This document shows, in pieces, positions 37,991-51,009 of a stretch of 64,000 bases of DNA. Where the stretch lies: positions 66,220,609-66,284,608 of the forward strand of contig NC_068987.1 of assembly GCF_001194135.2 (NCBI RefSeq), in the 5' to 3' direction. This stretch comes from Octopus bimaculoides (Eukaryota). Position numbers and translations under genes: made by a program. The notes beneath the pieces were generated by a model. That model searched no databases, had not been told where the DNA came from, and worked only from the letters and a program-made list of their open reading frames with translations. Positions within the stretch are counted from its first letter, which is position 1. Each line of letters starts with the position of its first letter.

Positions 37991-40482
37991 TTCACTCAAT
38001 GACTAGTTTGGAGATAAACAGACAATGGTAACCTACACAGCGGAGAATAAGTTTTCGTTGCTAACTTATTCACTTTGGTTAGTAATACGGTAAAATATCT
38101 TCTTCAAAGAACAGTCCCTCTATCTTTTTATATCACCATCTGTGCACATGTGTGTCTGTGCGCATGGGTGTGTAGAGTCAGAGTCTGCTGTGATCTTATG
38201 ATTATTTTCCATTACTATTTAATAACTACTTAGAAAATCTTTTTATTTTCCCAATATTCAATAGCTTGTATGCTAACACCTACTAGTTAACTTCAGAATG
38301 CATATCCCATGCTTTAAAAATCGAATGCGGAATGACGAATACAAACCTTTTTGAAATACATTCGAAAATTAATTCACTAGCTCCAAGATCTAGGAAAATG
38401 GAATGACCCATGGCAAAAATGCTGTTTATGCAGCAAATGTATTCTCTGCCATTGATGGTGTTACTTGAATACTGCGAGAATTCTGTATCATGTCTACGAA
38501 TACGGGCTAGATCTTATATCAGTCTTCCAACTGTCATTTTTTGCGATGAGCATATTACAATCTCTCGCCTGATTAGATGAGACATATTCATCTGTGATAT
38601 GTTTCTTCAAAGATGTTTAACGGTTTATATTCCAATACAACCATTTAGCTTAGAGAGGGAAGTGAAAGTATAGATTTTACTCTTCCCTTCCTGTCTGTTT
38701 TCGAAACCACTGAAGAGTGCGTAAATAATGCATTTCCATAAATAGAGAGGTGTATACTACACATGTAATGAACTTAGAGGAATTATAAATACGCATCATA
38801 TCGTATGCAATATGCAATAAACGAATAGATATTATTCTGCTAAGACCTTCAGATGAAAATATATCAACCGTTGGTTAACAAAACTGATTGCACATTGACT
38901 AAATAAAACCATAATTCCAAAAGGCGTGCCAGTCTCAAAAGTTTTAGTGAAATTGTTATGACGGCTACGGAATCTGAAGATAAAGTCTTGGTTTCGACAA
39001 ACGATTAGCTCTTATATTATATATGTTCTATTTCACTTAAAATAACTTTAAACAATATCGTTTAATGTTTTAGTAATTACTTATAAAGCCATAGTAGGCA
39101 TAGATTTTGACAATATGTAAGGCAATATTGCTTTCCATTCTCAATAATTATTATAAAAAGAAAATCGCTACTAAAAGTTAACAAGATGTCTCTAAACTTT
39201 CAGAACTTCTGTCAAACGCTTTCAGCACACGTTATTGAAATGGTGTTTAATATCATATAAGGATTCCTCTTATGGTAAGTGTTCACTATAATAAATAGAT
39301 TCCTCTTTGGAAGTAAAAATTTTAGATGTATGTATTTGTGAAAAGAATATTTACTTTAATTATTTTCTGTTTTTATATTTTACGCTGTTTTGTATTTCTA
39401 ATCTTTTTTATCTCCTTAAATGGACATTATATAAAATCGAATAGATTTTCTTCTAAATATTCTTTCCTGTTTCCTTTCTCTCTCTGTCTTTCTCTATCGC
39501 TTTGTCTATCTTTCTATCTCTTTCAGTGTATGTCTTCTTTTTTTCTTTCCTGTGCCCATCCCTCTTCCACTATCGCGGTATATACGTGCTTGCGTGTATA
39601 TATGTGTGTCTACCTGTGTATGTCGGAAGAATGTATCTACGTTTGTCTAACTACGTAATTATATAATTATACATACGTATAATTTTGGCATTACTCCATT
39701 TTCCAAGTACGTATTACGTCTGAATAAAAATAATTATAACTGAATTTCTAAAATATATATGATAGAAAGTTCTTATCTCTGTGTGTATGAGTTCATAAAC
39801 TTTTCGTCATATATCCGTCCATCTGTCAGTGTGTATGTGTTATACGGTGTAGGATTTGTTACCTAGCTGTTAGAACTTTCGCTCCATTTTCTCTAGATAA
39901 TATAGTGATTATATAACTTTACGTATAAAAACTGTGTTTATATACACATATATGCACAGACACACATAAACATACATGCTTAGAGGGGAACACATAAAGG
40001 CGCATATAAATTACTTGCAAACATATACGCACAAAACCAGATACACGGACGACATATTTTATCTTTTATCTTATATTTCTTTCAGTCATTAAATTGCGGC
40101 CATGTTACAGCACTACATTGAAGTATTTTAGCAGAACGAATCAACTTTCTTCGTTTTTGTCAGTCTGTTTCTTATTCCATTAGAATCTTTTGCCGAAAAG
40201 CTATGTTACAGGAACATAAACACAGCACCGATAGGTGACGGGGGAGGGGCAAGCACCAAACACACGCGCACACACACAAGCATGTGACAGACAGACAGAC
40301 AGACGGAAATATTGTAGAGAGTTAAATGTTAAAATTTAAGAGAGAAAGACTTTTATATTTATTGCCAGAAATCTTGGATTTCCACTGAAAAAAACGCTCT
40401 GGAGTAAAAATTCGGTGTTGCTACTAACAGAATTATCGTATTTACAACCCCCAAAATATATACATATCGATGCAGTCGCAGC

Positions 40483-40590
40483 TGTGTGGTAATAAGTGTC
40501 CTTCCTAAACGCATGTCTCTGGATACAGTCCCACGACGTGACATCTTGAGTGGTTGTCTTCTACTACAACCTCGTGTCGACCAGTATACA
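40483..40590 (+). mobile_element. SINE 5' head (decayed, tRNA-like)
   Basis: gctgtgtggtaa...cttcc.aa...cagtcccac...gtcttctacta..acctcg resembles a tRNA-derived head and is followed by microsatellite. Confidence 0.55.
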
Positions 40591-40864
40591 TACATGTCTG
40601 CGTGTATGTGCATGTATGTGTATATGTGTGTATATGAACAGACAGGAGCAGTAGAAAGAACAGGCGAACGGGAAGCTTCTAACAAGGAGATTTCTAAGAC
40701 TCATGTCTTTTTTAAAAGACAGAAGAGGTGGTGTGGAAAAGAAAGGGCGGTTGTTGGGTCAGAAAGAAGAATGCGAAAGTTGTGGATGTGTTTGTGATTT
40801 AGAGGGAGGATGGGCGAAGGATTGAATGCTCACAGTAATTTCACTGTACGCCTTTCACTTTTTT

Positions 40865-40917
<53 letters not shown>

Positions 40918-40950
40918 ATGTTATTTCAAAATCTCTCAAAGATTTATAAG

Positions 40951-41500
40951 CAGTAACAACTTTTTGCCAACATAATGTGGTAGTCCCAGGATGGGACGAA
41001 TGTTACAGTTATTTAGCCCCATCGTTATTTAGCCCCATCGCTGACTATACGACACAAAATTTCCGTGTCCTTATATTTTCGAAGCGTGGGGAGATCAGCA
41101 TCTCCACCCATCACAGCTTCGCATCCACAGACCTCTCCCTGGGTTATTACTCTTTATCAGCATGTTAGCAAAAAGTAACTACTTTATGGTGCTCGTATTG
41201 TATATCTCTCTTTGAGATATTTAAAAATAATATTATTTTTGTAGATTAGTGACAGCAGTTCAGTAGCGACATCTAGCCAGCCAAGCTACCACACGCTGAT
41301 AAAGAGCAATAACTCAGAAACCGATGCGTGGACGTGAAATTGTGCTGGGTGGAGGTGCTGAATTCCCCTGTGCGAAAATATAATGACACATGCTTTTCCG
41401 TGTCGTATAGCCAGCTGGAAACGATGTTTCATGCGGCTAAATAACAGTAACATTCGTCCCAACCTGGGACTGACACATTATGTTGGCAAAAAGTCATTAC
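40951..41500. mobile_element. about 550-bp foldback/MITE-like element with about 210-bp imperfect inverted arms
   Basis: 40951-41163 is the reverse complement of 41293-41500 (ctttttgccaacataatgtg..agtcccagg.tgggacgaatgtta...ttatttagcc; gttatt.ctctttatcagc). The spacer is about 130 bp. Confidence 0.85.
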
Positions 41501-41526
41501 TAAATATATCTATGTGTGTGTGTGTG

Positions 41527-41640
41527 TGTCACCAACCACCACTCGACAACCGGTGCTGGTGTGTTTACGTCCCCGTTAGCTAGCGGTTCATCAATAGGGT
41601 CCAATGAAAGTAGTACCTGACTTACAACAAGTAAAAGATA
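41527..41640 (+). mobile_element. SINE family A, partial 3' half
   Basis: gacaaccggtgctggtgtgtttacgtccccg..agc.agcggttc matches 43057-43100. Confidence 0.8.
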
Positions 41641-41662
41641 CAAGATTATAAATATTTAAATA

Positions 41663-42125
41663 TATTGGGTCATCCGATAATAATCCGTTGTTTTTAATAC
41701 TTCTTTTATTTATAAAAATTAAGATAAACAAAGTTCTTTTTTAATCTAAAATATACTCTCCTTCATTTTCTACCTGGTTGGCTTGCAAGACTCTTCTTTC
41801 AAATTTCACTTGTCCGTGACGAAAAATAGTTCTCAACTACTGTTCTGACCTCGTCTACAGAATTCATATTTTTCCGTCCTAATGATTTTGAATGCTGCGG
41901 AATAAATGATAATTAGATGGGGCAATGTCGGACGAATATGGTGGTAGTGGCATCTTCCCTATTTTAAACGCTCCGGCCCTTCGAATGTCATCCACATGGC
42001 CGGGCATTATCCTGATGGAAGAACACCTTTCACCTTGAAACCAAAGATGGTCGTTTTTCTTCTAGCGCTGACTTAAGCTGCGCAAGCTGTCACAGTAGAT
42101 TTCCTTTGTTATCGTTTGGTTTGGA
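41663..42125 (-). mobile_element. mariner 3' half with one TIR
   Basis: Frameshifted PNQTITKEIYC...VFFHQDNARP...YFSSRTSE. The left boundary tattgggtcatccgataataatccgttg is a typical mariner TIR. Confidence 0.82.
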
Positions 42126-42302
42126 TTTAAAAGGTCAAAGTGGACTAAATCGGTAAACGGGGTCTCGTGATCCTAGCATGGCTCGAGAAGGAAAGATTGA
42201 TGAATGCTTCCTGAAACGGAGGACAGTCAGGAGAAGCAGTAGAAAGAACACACCAAGATGAAGTAGTGTATTGAAGAGGAACGAGTTAATTTGAAGACAC
42301 AC

Positions 42303-42345
<43 letters not shown>

Positions 42346-42932
42346 ACACACACGCAAATACACTCACACACACATGCTCATATATATATGCATACATTCA
42401 AATACATACACATGCATACACATACATAAATACATATATATGTATATATGATATATAGATAGGGTTGAAATCTGAACTTTCTTTTCATGAGGCATGTCTG
42501 CATATTCGTGCACTTTAAAATCGCATTTAGAGGATATAGTTTTCTTAGGCTTGCATAAGGGTTGCAAAATACAGGAAACTACTAGTTGCAGAGTAATTTT
42601 ATACCACTACAGGAGATGTTGAAAAACTTTCGGTGTTATTTATTTACTATTACACGTGCCTCATTTCCTAATATGAAATAGAAACTTTTACATGCAGAAG
42701 AAACATATAAGATATCTGCTTCAGAGAGTGAGGCAAATGCTGTTATTAGTATTTGACTTGATTCTCTGTCGGAAGTATTTCTCGTAGGAGATATTAAATA
42801 TTTCTCTTCCATGTACAATTTTGTAACTCCTATTAGCAAATACATCACGTGTATTGATGAATAAATAATACCATTTTTTAAAGCAATCTCCAGTTTTGAT
42901 ATACATGCATAAGTACATACATACATGTTACG

Positions 42933-43020
<88 letters not shown>

Positions 43021-43023
<3 letters not shown>

Positions 43024-43235
43024 TTTTGTGTCTGTGTTTGTCCCCCAACATCGCTTGACAACCGATGCTGGTGTGTTTACGTCCCCGTAACTTAGCGGTT
43101 CGGGTAAAGAGACCTATAGAATAAGTACTAGGCTTACAAAGAATAAGTCCTGGGGTCGATTTGCTCGACTAAAGGCGGTGTTCCAGCATGGCCACAGTCA
43201 AATGACTGAAGCAAGTATAAGAGTAAAAGAGTAAA
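43021..43235 (+). mobile_element. SINE family A, 3' half following (TA)n(TG)n
   Basis: Best-preserved of three in-window copies (20392, 41527, 43021). Ends in a short aagagta repeat tail. Confidence 0.88.
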
Positions 43236-44724
43236 CATATATATATGTTTGTGTGTGTGTGGGTGTGTTCGTATGTATTAGCATTTGTGTGCGTGTGTGT
43301 ATGTGTGCGTGTGTGTAATGATGTCTATATTGTACATTAGAACGAAATACATATCGCACACGACCTATACGTTATTTAGATATCACATGAAAGAGACCAG
43401 CAGGATTATGATTTTATAGTTTGATGAAATCTGCAGAAAATGGACAATTATAATGGTTTAGGTTTCAAGGAGATTAAGTGCAAAATATTTTTGAAAGGGA
43501 AATCGAAAATAGATACAATTGTCTGGAAGGTCGACTTGGTAATTGTCTGTAATATAATTTATGCATTACAAGTGCTAATAACAAGTGAACAGTTTAATAT
43601 ATAAATAGTTTTTATCTTATGAAGTAGTGTGCTTGAAAATTCATGTTGATTTGAGACAATAAATTCATATCTCTATGGTGTTGTGGATACCTGTGCAAAC
43701 TTCAAAAGTGTTTCTTTTGCAATTAGTTTTAATTAACTAATTAAGCGGATAGCTTTCTACTTTCAATTTGACTAATTGAAGAAGACTCTAGGGATAGTCT
43801 GAATAATCAATTGCTACCTTATGAAATACTGTATGTTTTGTATTGTCTTTTCTTTGGCGTTCGATATATATCTAAAACAAATAAAAGAAATAAATAAAAA
43901 CTGAAGTTTTTGTACACACGCATCTAATCTAAAACTGTGTTTTGTAACAAACATTATATTTATTTTATTAGAGCAACAGTACTTCTCAATTCATCGATCA
44001 ATAAGGCTACCCTCTTCCCACCTCTATATTCCTCCCGACTCTTTCTCTCTATTTACCATTTGCTTAATTAATATTCAGTATCTAGGTTATGTGACCTGTT
44101 TACTTATATTTTCGCAATAAGCCGGTTTTGAGTGGTCAATGTGTTTGTATGTTTGCTCACAGATTTTTCATTTGTTGATTGCATTCTGTATACATCACTC
44201 TTTGATATAGTACCCTGTAAAATCCATTGGACGAACCAACGAAGTAGTCCTCTATGTCATTTCATCTCCAAAAGATTTAAGAAGGAAATCTGACTGAGAA
44301 AGTACATTGTTATCTTTAAAAAAATTATGTATATATCTGAAAATAAAATTGGGCTTACACACCTGGAATATGTTTCACCATATCTGTGCTAGATCAGAGA
44401 TAATCTCGGGTGCAAATATTTATGCCATGTTGGTGCAGGTGTTAGGCATGGTGGCAGAAATTTCATGTTTAAGTATAAAGTATCACGCGCAAATCCTATT
44501 AGCATAATTTGAGCGCTTGTTTATATCTGTCTCATTTCATTAACATCAGCGCCGTAAATTGATCAACAACTTAATTGTGAATATGCTGATTCTTAATCAA
44601 ATCCCTTTGCAATGTTGTTTTAGGTGAATGAAATAAACAGTAGCAGAAGATATGTTACCTAGGCAAATGAACTGAATAATTATCACACAGCTGATATCTA
44701 GTAGTATCTTGCATTTCAAATATA

Positions 44725-44860
44725 GGTGACGTAGTGGCAGAATCGTATGAGTGTTGGGGATAATTCTTCGTGGTAAGAATTCTCCGATTGTGCTAGCTCT
44801 CTGTTCAAACCCGCCGAATTCATATTTGCCTTCCATTCTTTTGCTATCAATAAAAAGGTA
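44725..44860 (+). mobile_element. decayed SINE family B
   Basis: tggcagaatcgt...gttcaaacccgccga...tttgccttccattcttt is similar to the 36905 copy. Confidence 0.55.
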
Positions 44861-46334
44861 TCAATCCTGAAGTGCAGGTGAGATCAAATTGTACGAACGT
44901 TCTACTAATGCTAAGTATTACACAGTTCTATGTATAGTCCTACACAGATTATTACTTTTCTCAGAATAAAACTCACCAAAGCCTAACAGGTCTCTAGGTT
45001 AATAATACCTTCCTCCTCCCCTCGCACCATTTAGAGAGGCTCTGTAAAGGGCTTTGGATACCGCCTTCCTTTCTGACTAAGACACAATATGATATGTTGA
45101 TAATCTGAGGAAAAACCGTGTTGTGTTGGTAGCAGGGTTCGGAAATCGAAAGCAAGTAATTGGATGAGCGGCCTCACATCGTCCAAACAATATCTGACAA
45201 CAAACGTATACCTTAAAGACTTATTTCATTCGAATTTATTCTCAATATTTTTCCTTGCATGAGCATGAGGATAACTATTGGTAAATCCAAAAGCTAAATT
45301 TTCGGTCGCAAGTGTAATGCTTCAGACATGAATTTCCTTCCATTTCAGATACGATAAATAATATAAAAATGCGGTTTTTGGATAACTTCAAAGTGCATCA
45401 GCATGTCTATACATCTGTTGATTTTAGAAATATTTGCTTGAAAGTGCTCGTTAAATTATCTTTCTTGCACATTAAAATGGCGTTTGGATGAGAACCAGTG
45501 CCTGTGGCATTCAGAAGCAACCCACGCTTGATCCTTTCGTTATCCGACATCTGTATGAAAAGCGTATTCTAGGCGGAAATTGCCAAACGTTTTATTATAG
45601 GGGATGCATTCTTTGTAGATTGTTTAATACGATTTGTAGGAAAGGGCATACTGTTCCTCAGTTAGAGAATCCTCTTAATGAGATATCAGCAGTTGTACGC
45701 TATAAAAATTGTTGAATTGTTTTTATTAAATTTCGTTGCATTTGCTGATAAAAAGTAGAAACAGCACAAGTACTCTGTTTAGTTCTCTGTTTACACTGAC
45801 ATTATACCTAATCTCGCTTTTATTTTGCTGAGAGCTTAAATTCTTTTCTGGGCGGCTGCCAATTTTTAGGATAATTTTATTTCTTTTGGGGAAATATCAA
45901 GTTGACTAGATAAAGGATTTTCTATTACGAAATATTCATTTGTTAGTAACGAAAATACCAGGCTACGTTTCGCTAACTTGGTTAATATTACAGAGTCTAT
46001 TGATGATGTACTACTCCAATCTCCAGGTCTATCGATATTAGTCATCAATATAATTTAAAAGCCAGGTACAAACAACTTCAGTTTAGGTAAGAGATTTTTG
46101 GTTATAAACCTCCTTTGTTCACTGTATTTCATCAGCTAGAGAAGAAGCACTTTAAGCAAGTTACAACTGGTAATAGACCCATATTGTTAAGTGTTTAAAT
46201 AAATCGCATAAATTGATTTGCATAAATGACGCATTTTTGGAGGTAAATTCTATTAATAATTTATTGGTCTTGAACAATGTTTTGTTTCAATGATATACTG
46301 TGCCATTTAAATACCTTGACTTGGATCCTTTGTG

Positions 46335-46590
46335 TTATCGACAATGAAAGAACGAATACCTCGGCGGTATCAGAATAAAGAGTCGGAAAAATATGGCAAG
46401 TCACTTTCCCCACTCTAACTATTGAGCTAGCTTGCCGCCTTTATACTGCTTCCTTGATTTAGGCGCGCGACCAGCAGTTATAGAGGGAGTTATGTTAGTC
46501 GATTAAATCTACCTAGTACTTCGCTAGTAGTTTCGTTTATCGACCCTAAATGAATGAAAGGCAAAGTTGACTGCGGCAGAATTGTTAACC
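46335..46590 (-). mobile_element. two decayed SINE family B fragments
   Basis: ttatcgac...aaag..gaatacctcggcgg (46335-46420) and gtcgatta...tttatcgaccc...gaaaggcaaagttgac.gcggcagaatt (46490-46590). Confidence 0.55.
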
Positions 46591-46899
46591 ATTTGAAAAA
46601 ACTGAAATTGATGGAGTTCTAAGGGATATGAAATCCTTTTCGCATATCATAAATGTTGCTGTTGTTAATTTGCTAACATTTAACGTCTTGTTTTCTTTCA
46701 CTATCTTTAACAGCTACCCATCTTATCTGTTTTTCAGTTCTTCATAACGGTACTACCGATTGTATACGAGAGATCCCCCTCCCTCGAGTGTTGGAGACAA
46801 TATTTCTTCATCTTCCTAGAAAATACAAGCCAAGATACTCTGGAAAAGTAGTTCTAAGACCTGGTGTTATTATTGAAACCTTTGTTGTTGACAACTTTC

Positions 46900-47270
46900 T
46901 CTTTTCTGCTTTTCCAGCACCTCTGGGATAGAAGAATGTTTCAACTCTTATTTTCATTTTCTCTCTGCAGCTGCAACATATACATCTCCGGGATTGCTTG
47001 AAGATTTTCTGAGATCATAACACCCTATGTATGATTGCAGCCTCCAGCCATTACCAAATGTATATTCCTATGTCACTTTGATGTCCACTATATGCCCGTT
47101 CTATGCTGCAAATTTGACATCAATCTAAGAGTTAACATCCACCAAGGCACATCGATGTCCTTTATGATTATATCATGCATTGTACTTTGTCATTCGAAAT
47201 CTGTGCTGTTCGTTCTCCTTTCGTTCATAGTTTCAAAAGTCAGGCACACAATTCCATACCCCCAACCAAT
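46900..47270 (-). mobile_element. possible, highly decayed RLE-type (R4-like) C-terminal fragment
   Basis: Only weak motifs (DFE..DK, HDIII, CALVDVNS*IDVKFAA) amid many stops. Confidence 0.3.
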
Positions 47271-48019
47271 TTAGTTTATTATACGTCAGACCACACTTTG
47301 TAAAGAAAATTCATTGAGTAATGAAAAAAATGTCAGCCTCTGTAATATCACATTACCAGGATTCCTTGTTTCCTTGAGTAGAAACGAATAAAGTCTAAAT
47401 CCTACATTTTTGCCAGTAACGTTATAACTATCTGCGGTGTTCTCATTACTAGTACATCTGCTAATGTCGTATAAATTTGTCATTTTGTATTTCGCAAATT
47501 TCTGCATGAACCTGAGTTGTCACTATATTTCTTTTATACGTTTTTGATTTTAAATCATGTTTCTCTCTTTTTATTCATTTACATTCATTTCGCGAACATT
47601 TTTTGGTTCATGGTAGTTATCAGGAGATACTGCCTTTTTTGTTAGAACCATCTTTACCTTTTATAAAAGAAGCCATGTTGAATATAATTCAATATAAATA
47701 TATAAAATATGATTCTACGAAAAAAAAAAAAATGTTTCACAGACTGACATTTCGTCATCGTGCGAAAACAAGTAATAATAATAGTAGTCATAATAAAATA
47801 ATCTTTTTCTGTCATCTTAAGATCACACTATCGTCTTTTCATCAAATTACATTTAAAACGAGCTTTTAATTTTCTTATGTTTTGACAGACGCACTCTAGA
47901 ACAATACTCTATGCAAAACCAAAAATATAGCACCTAGTCATAACACCAACTTGAACTTCTAACTTGTCGCTTGAGGTCCATGGGTGAGACTTGTTATCAA
48001 CATGTACAAATGCAAAGTA

Positions 48020-48520
48020 AACAGTAGTGTTGGGCCCTATATACACTGGAAGCTATGCCAATAGAAAAAAGACAGTTTAGGCACATTCCAGAAAAGGTTT
48101 AAGAAAATGACAAAGCAACCATACTCTTGGATATGCCAGCTAGAGAAATCGAGGCTAATTGAACAGATGTAATTGTCAGAGATCACCAAGAAAAAATGTG
48201 TTTTAATCCATTTATCAATACCAACAAAGGACAATAAATCTCTAAAAGAAATGGAAAACTCACTAAATGCAATGATCTGGAAATAGAGATAACCCGAATG
48301 TGGAGCCTAAAAGAAAAAAAAGTAACAATACCTATAATAATGGATGCATTAGGTATGATTAAAAGACATTCAGACAAATACATAACCAAAACACCAGAAC
48401 TTACAAATGTATATAGCCTACAGAAACTAGTACTACAAGGTACCGGGCTTATCATACGTAAAGCACTTTCATCACAGTGAAAGCGAGAGCACCACCACAA
48501 AACACAGCACATACCCAAAA
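48020..48520 (+). mobile_element. R4/Dong-like 3' fragment (RLE domain and 3' UTR)
   Basis: VGPYIHWKLCQ, HIPEKV..NDKATILLDMP, DVIVRDHQEKMC, DLEIEITRMWSLK...IPIIMDALGMIK...LQKLVLQGTGLIIRKALSSQ*. Confidence 0.88.
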
Positions 48521-50750
48521 TCTCATAAATGGAAAACCACAGGACTGGACCGGACCCCTAACTTCTATTTGAATTGTTGACTGAAGGAACTACCTATCTA
48601 CTGCCAGAAACTGACAATACAATAAGAATTATCGACCAATAAACATGTCCCAATACCGCTTACAATACCCTCACACTCTATACTTTCCTTGAACAATACT
48701 CTATCTTTCCACAAATGAAAGGTTGTAAAAGAAACTCCAATTGGGGCAAAAACACATTAACTCATAACTAGAATGATTTCAGAAAATTGCTGCAGCAAAA
48801 ACAAATACACAAGTACGGTGTGCGAAGACTACAGGAAAGCGTTTGATAGTGTTCCACAGAAATGATAACTCACAGCTCTAGTTATATAAGTTCTTACAGA
48901 ATAGCTAATAGGGCAATGGAATACATGAGTTTTTCTAAACCGTAGTAATAATATGAGCCAATCCAATAACATCAACATCAAACGAGGCATCTTTTCAGGT
49001 GAATCCCTCTCCACATTATTTGTTTTGCATGGCACTGATCCCAGTCGCAAATGAGTTGAACAACATCAGAGACGGGTACAAAATTTCGAACAAGATAACA
49101 AGCCGTCTTTTTAACATTGGCAGTCTGAAACTTTTTGCTAGAAATTACCAGGTACTAGAAGGGCTGCTAACAACTATTCTATTAAAGAGTTTTGCAATGA
49201 CATCGGGATGGGTTTGGACCTCGATATGTGTGCTAAAGCAACTTTTGTAAGAGAAAGCTCAGGTAAACAGCGTATATTAATTTAGTTATCGACACTACCC
49301 TCAAGGATCTTGACCCGCTATGACTTATACATACGTAGGTATGAACGAAAGAGATAGCATAAGTCATGACACCACGAAGGAAAAAAATAAGGAAGGAGCA
49401 TATAGGAGAAAAAGACTTGTGACAATGTCTGAACTTAACTCTAAAAACCGCATCGAAACCAGTAACATCTTAGCAATTCCAATTGTCCATTACAGTTTTA
49501 AGATCATTAACTCGATTCCTACGTAACTCCAACACATGGAGAGGAAGACAAGAAAATTATTAACATCTATTCACCACCTCAAAGCATAGGTTGATCTTCC
49601 CTACATATCTAGATGCCGGAATAGGAATGATGCAATTATTACACTAGTATAAAACCTCCATTATAAGAATGAACAAGTACGTATCAAATACAGACGACTG
49701 GATGATGCGGCTAGTGTACGAATATGAAAGCAGCAAAACGTCGCATTCTATTGCCAAAGAAGCTTCTAAATTCACAGGTGAACCTGAAAACACTGCTACC
49801 AAGCAAGCAAAACTATTAAAACAGATGGCTAAAATGAACGAGCAGGAATAAATTGTGGAGCGATTGAGCCAGAAGTTGCCGCATGGGCAATATATTCTTC
49901 GAAGAAGTCAAAATACTGATATAAACCAACCAACAACCCATCAGTGGCTGAGGACTTTAAGATTATTGTAAGCAGGGACTGAAGGCTTCATGCGAGCAGC
50001 ACAAGATCAAAGATTGTTTAGTATAAATTACGAACCTAATGTTCCTAAAAGCAACGGCGATCGAAAATTTAGACTCTACTGTACATTTGATGAAACAATA
50101 GACTATCTTCTATCTGCCCTATGCTAACACAAAACGAAACGAAATATTGTTACGAAAGGGTAGTGCCGTATTTACAGTGGAAAATATGTGAGCACTACCA
50201 AATCTGCACTCTTGCTAACTAGTATAAAGACTAACCTGAGTGAATGAAGGAAAAAATATCACCATACTTTAATATTTTCCGATGAACACTGACAGAACAA
50301 ACCAGGATAATCAACCAGGCATAAGCATTAAAGATAGGGAAGAGAATGCCTGTAGACGGATAGCTGTCAGTGTCTCCACTGATAAAAATATACACGTAAA
50401 GTAATTTGACAATATTATTAAATATAAGGACCTGGAAATTGAAGTACACATAATGTGGCATATTAGCAAAAACTGTTCGTGTCATTGTAGGTTTCATTGG
50501 TATGATGAAAAAGAGATGTTAAAAACATCTACTCAACATCCCAGGAGAACCTTATCTGAAAGAAAACCAGAAAGCTATGCCGACACTTACCACTCACGTC
50601 ATTGGAAACCCTATGAATTTAAATGTTTGAGTTGTATTATATGAACGTATTTCTGTACTGGTCTCCTTAAGCTCCCGGTTAAATCTTAGCATCTCCTAAC
50701 CTTCTCTTGCCCTTGGGCGCTGGGTGTGACCGGTAAATAGATTGCATCAA
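48521..50750 (+). mobile_element. R4/Dong-like element, 5'-truncated (RT through RLE), heavily decayed
   Basis: KSHKWKTTGLDRT, RGIFSGESLSTLFVLHGTDP, ITSRLFNIGSLKLFARN (YMDD lost), KSELNSKNRIETSNILAIPIVHYSF, GTEGFMRAAQDQ, YLQWKICEHY, RPDNQPG, KYKDLEIEVHIMWH. Confidence 0.85.
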
Positions 50751-50764
50751 ACCTGCATATTGAA

Positions 50765-50812
50765 ACAGCAGCAGCAACAACAACAACAATAACAACAACA
50801 ACAATGATGATA
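50765..50812. repeat. (CAG/CAA/GAT)n microsatellite at the R4 3' end
   Basis: Seen directly in the sequence. Confidence 0.9.
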
Positions 50813-51009
50813 TTCACCTAACGGGAAACTCTCTGGAACATTACAAGGGCACTTTTTACAAACTATATGGACGTTTATATAACAAGATGGGCGAAAGAAC
50901 CATAGGTCACGGGTGGGGAATGATATAAGCAATGTACATTATATACAAAGCATATGAAGAAATGGATAATGTCACCATATTCATACAGGGCATCCTCTAA
51001 TTAAGACCA

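Noticed and set aside
38290-38530. About 75-codon open minus-strand frame (DLARIRRHDTEF...)
   Set aside because: No homology recognised and no supporting splice signals.
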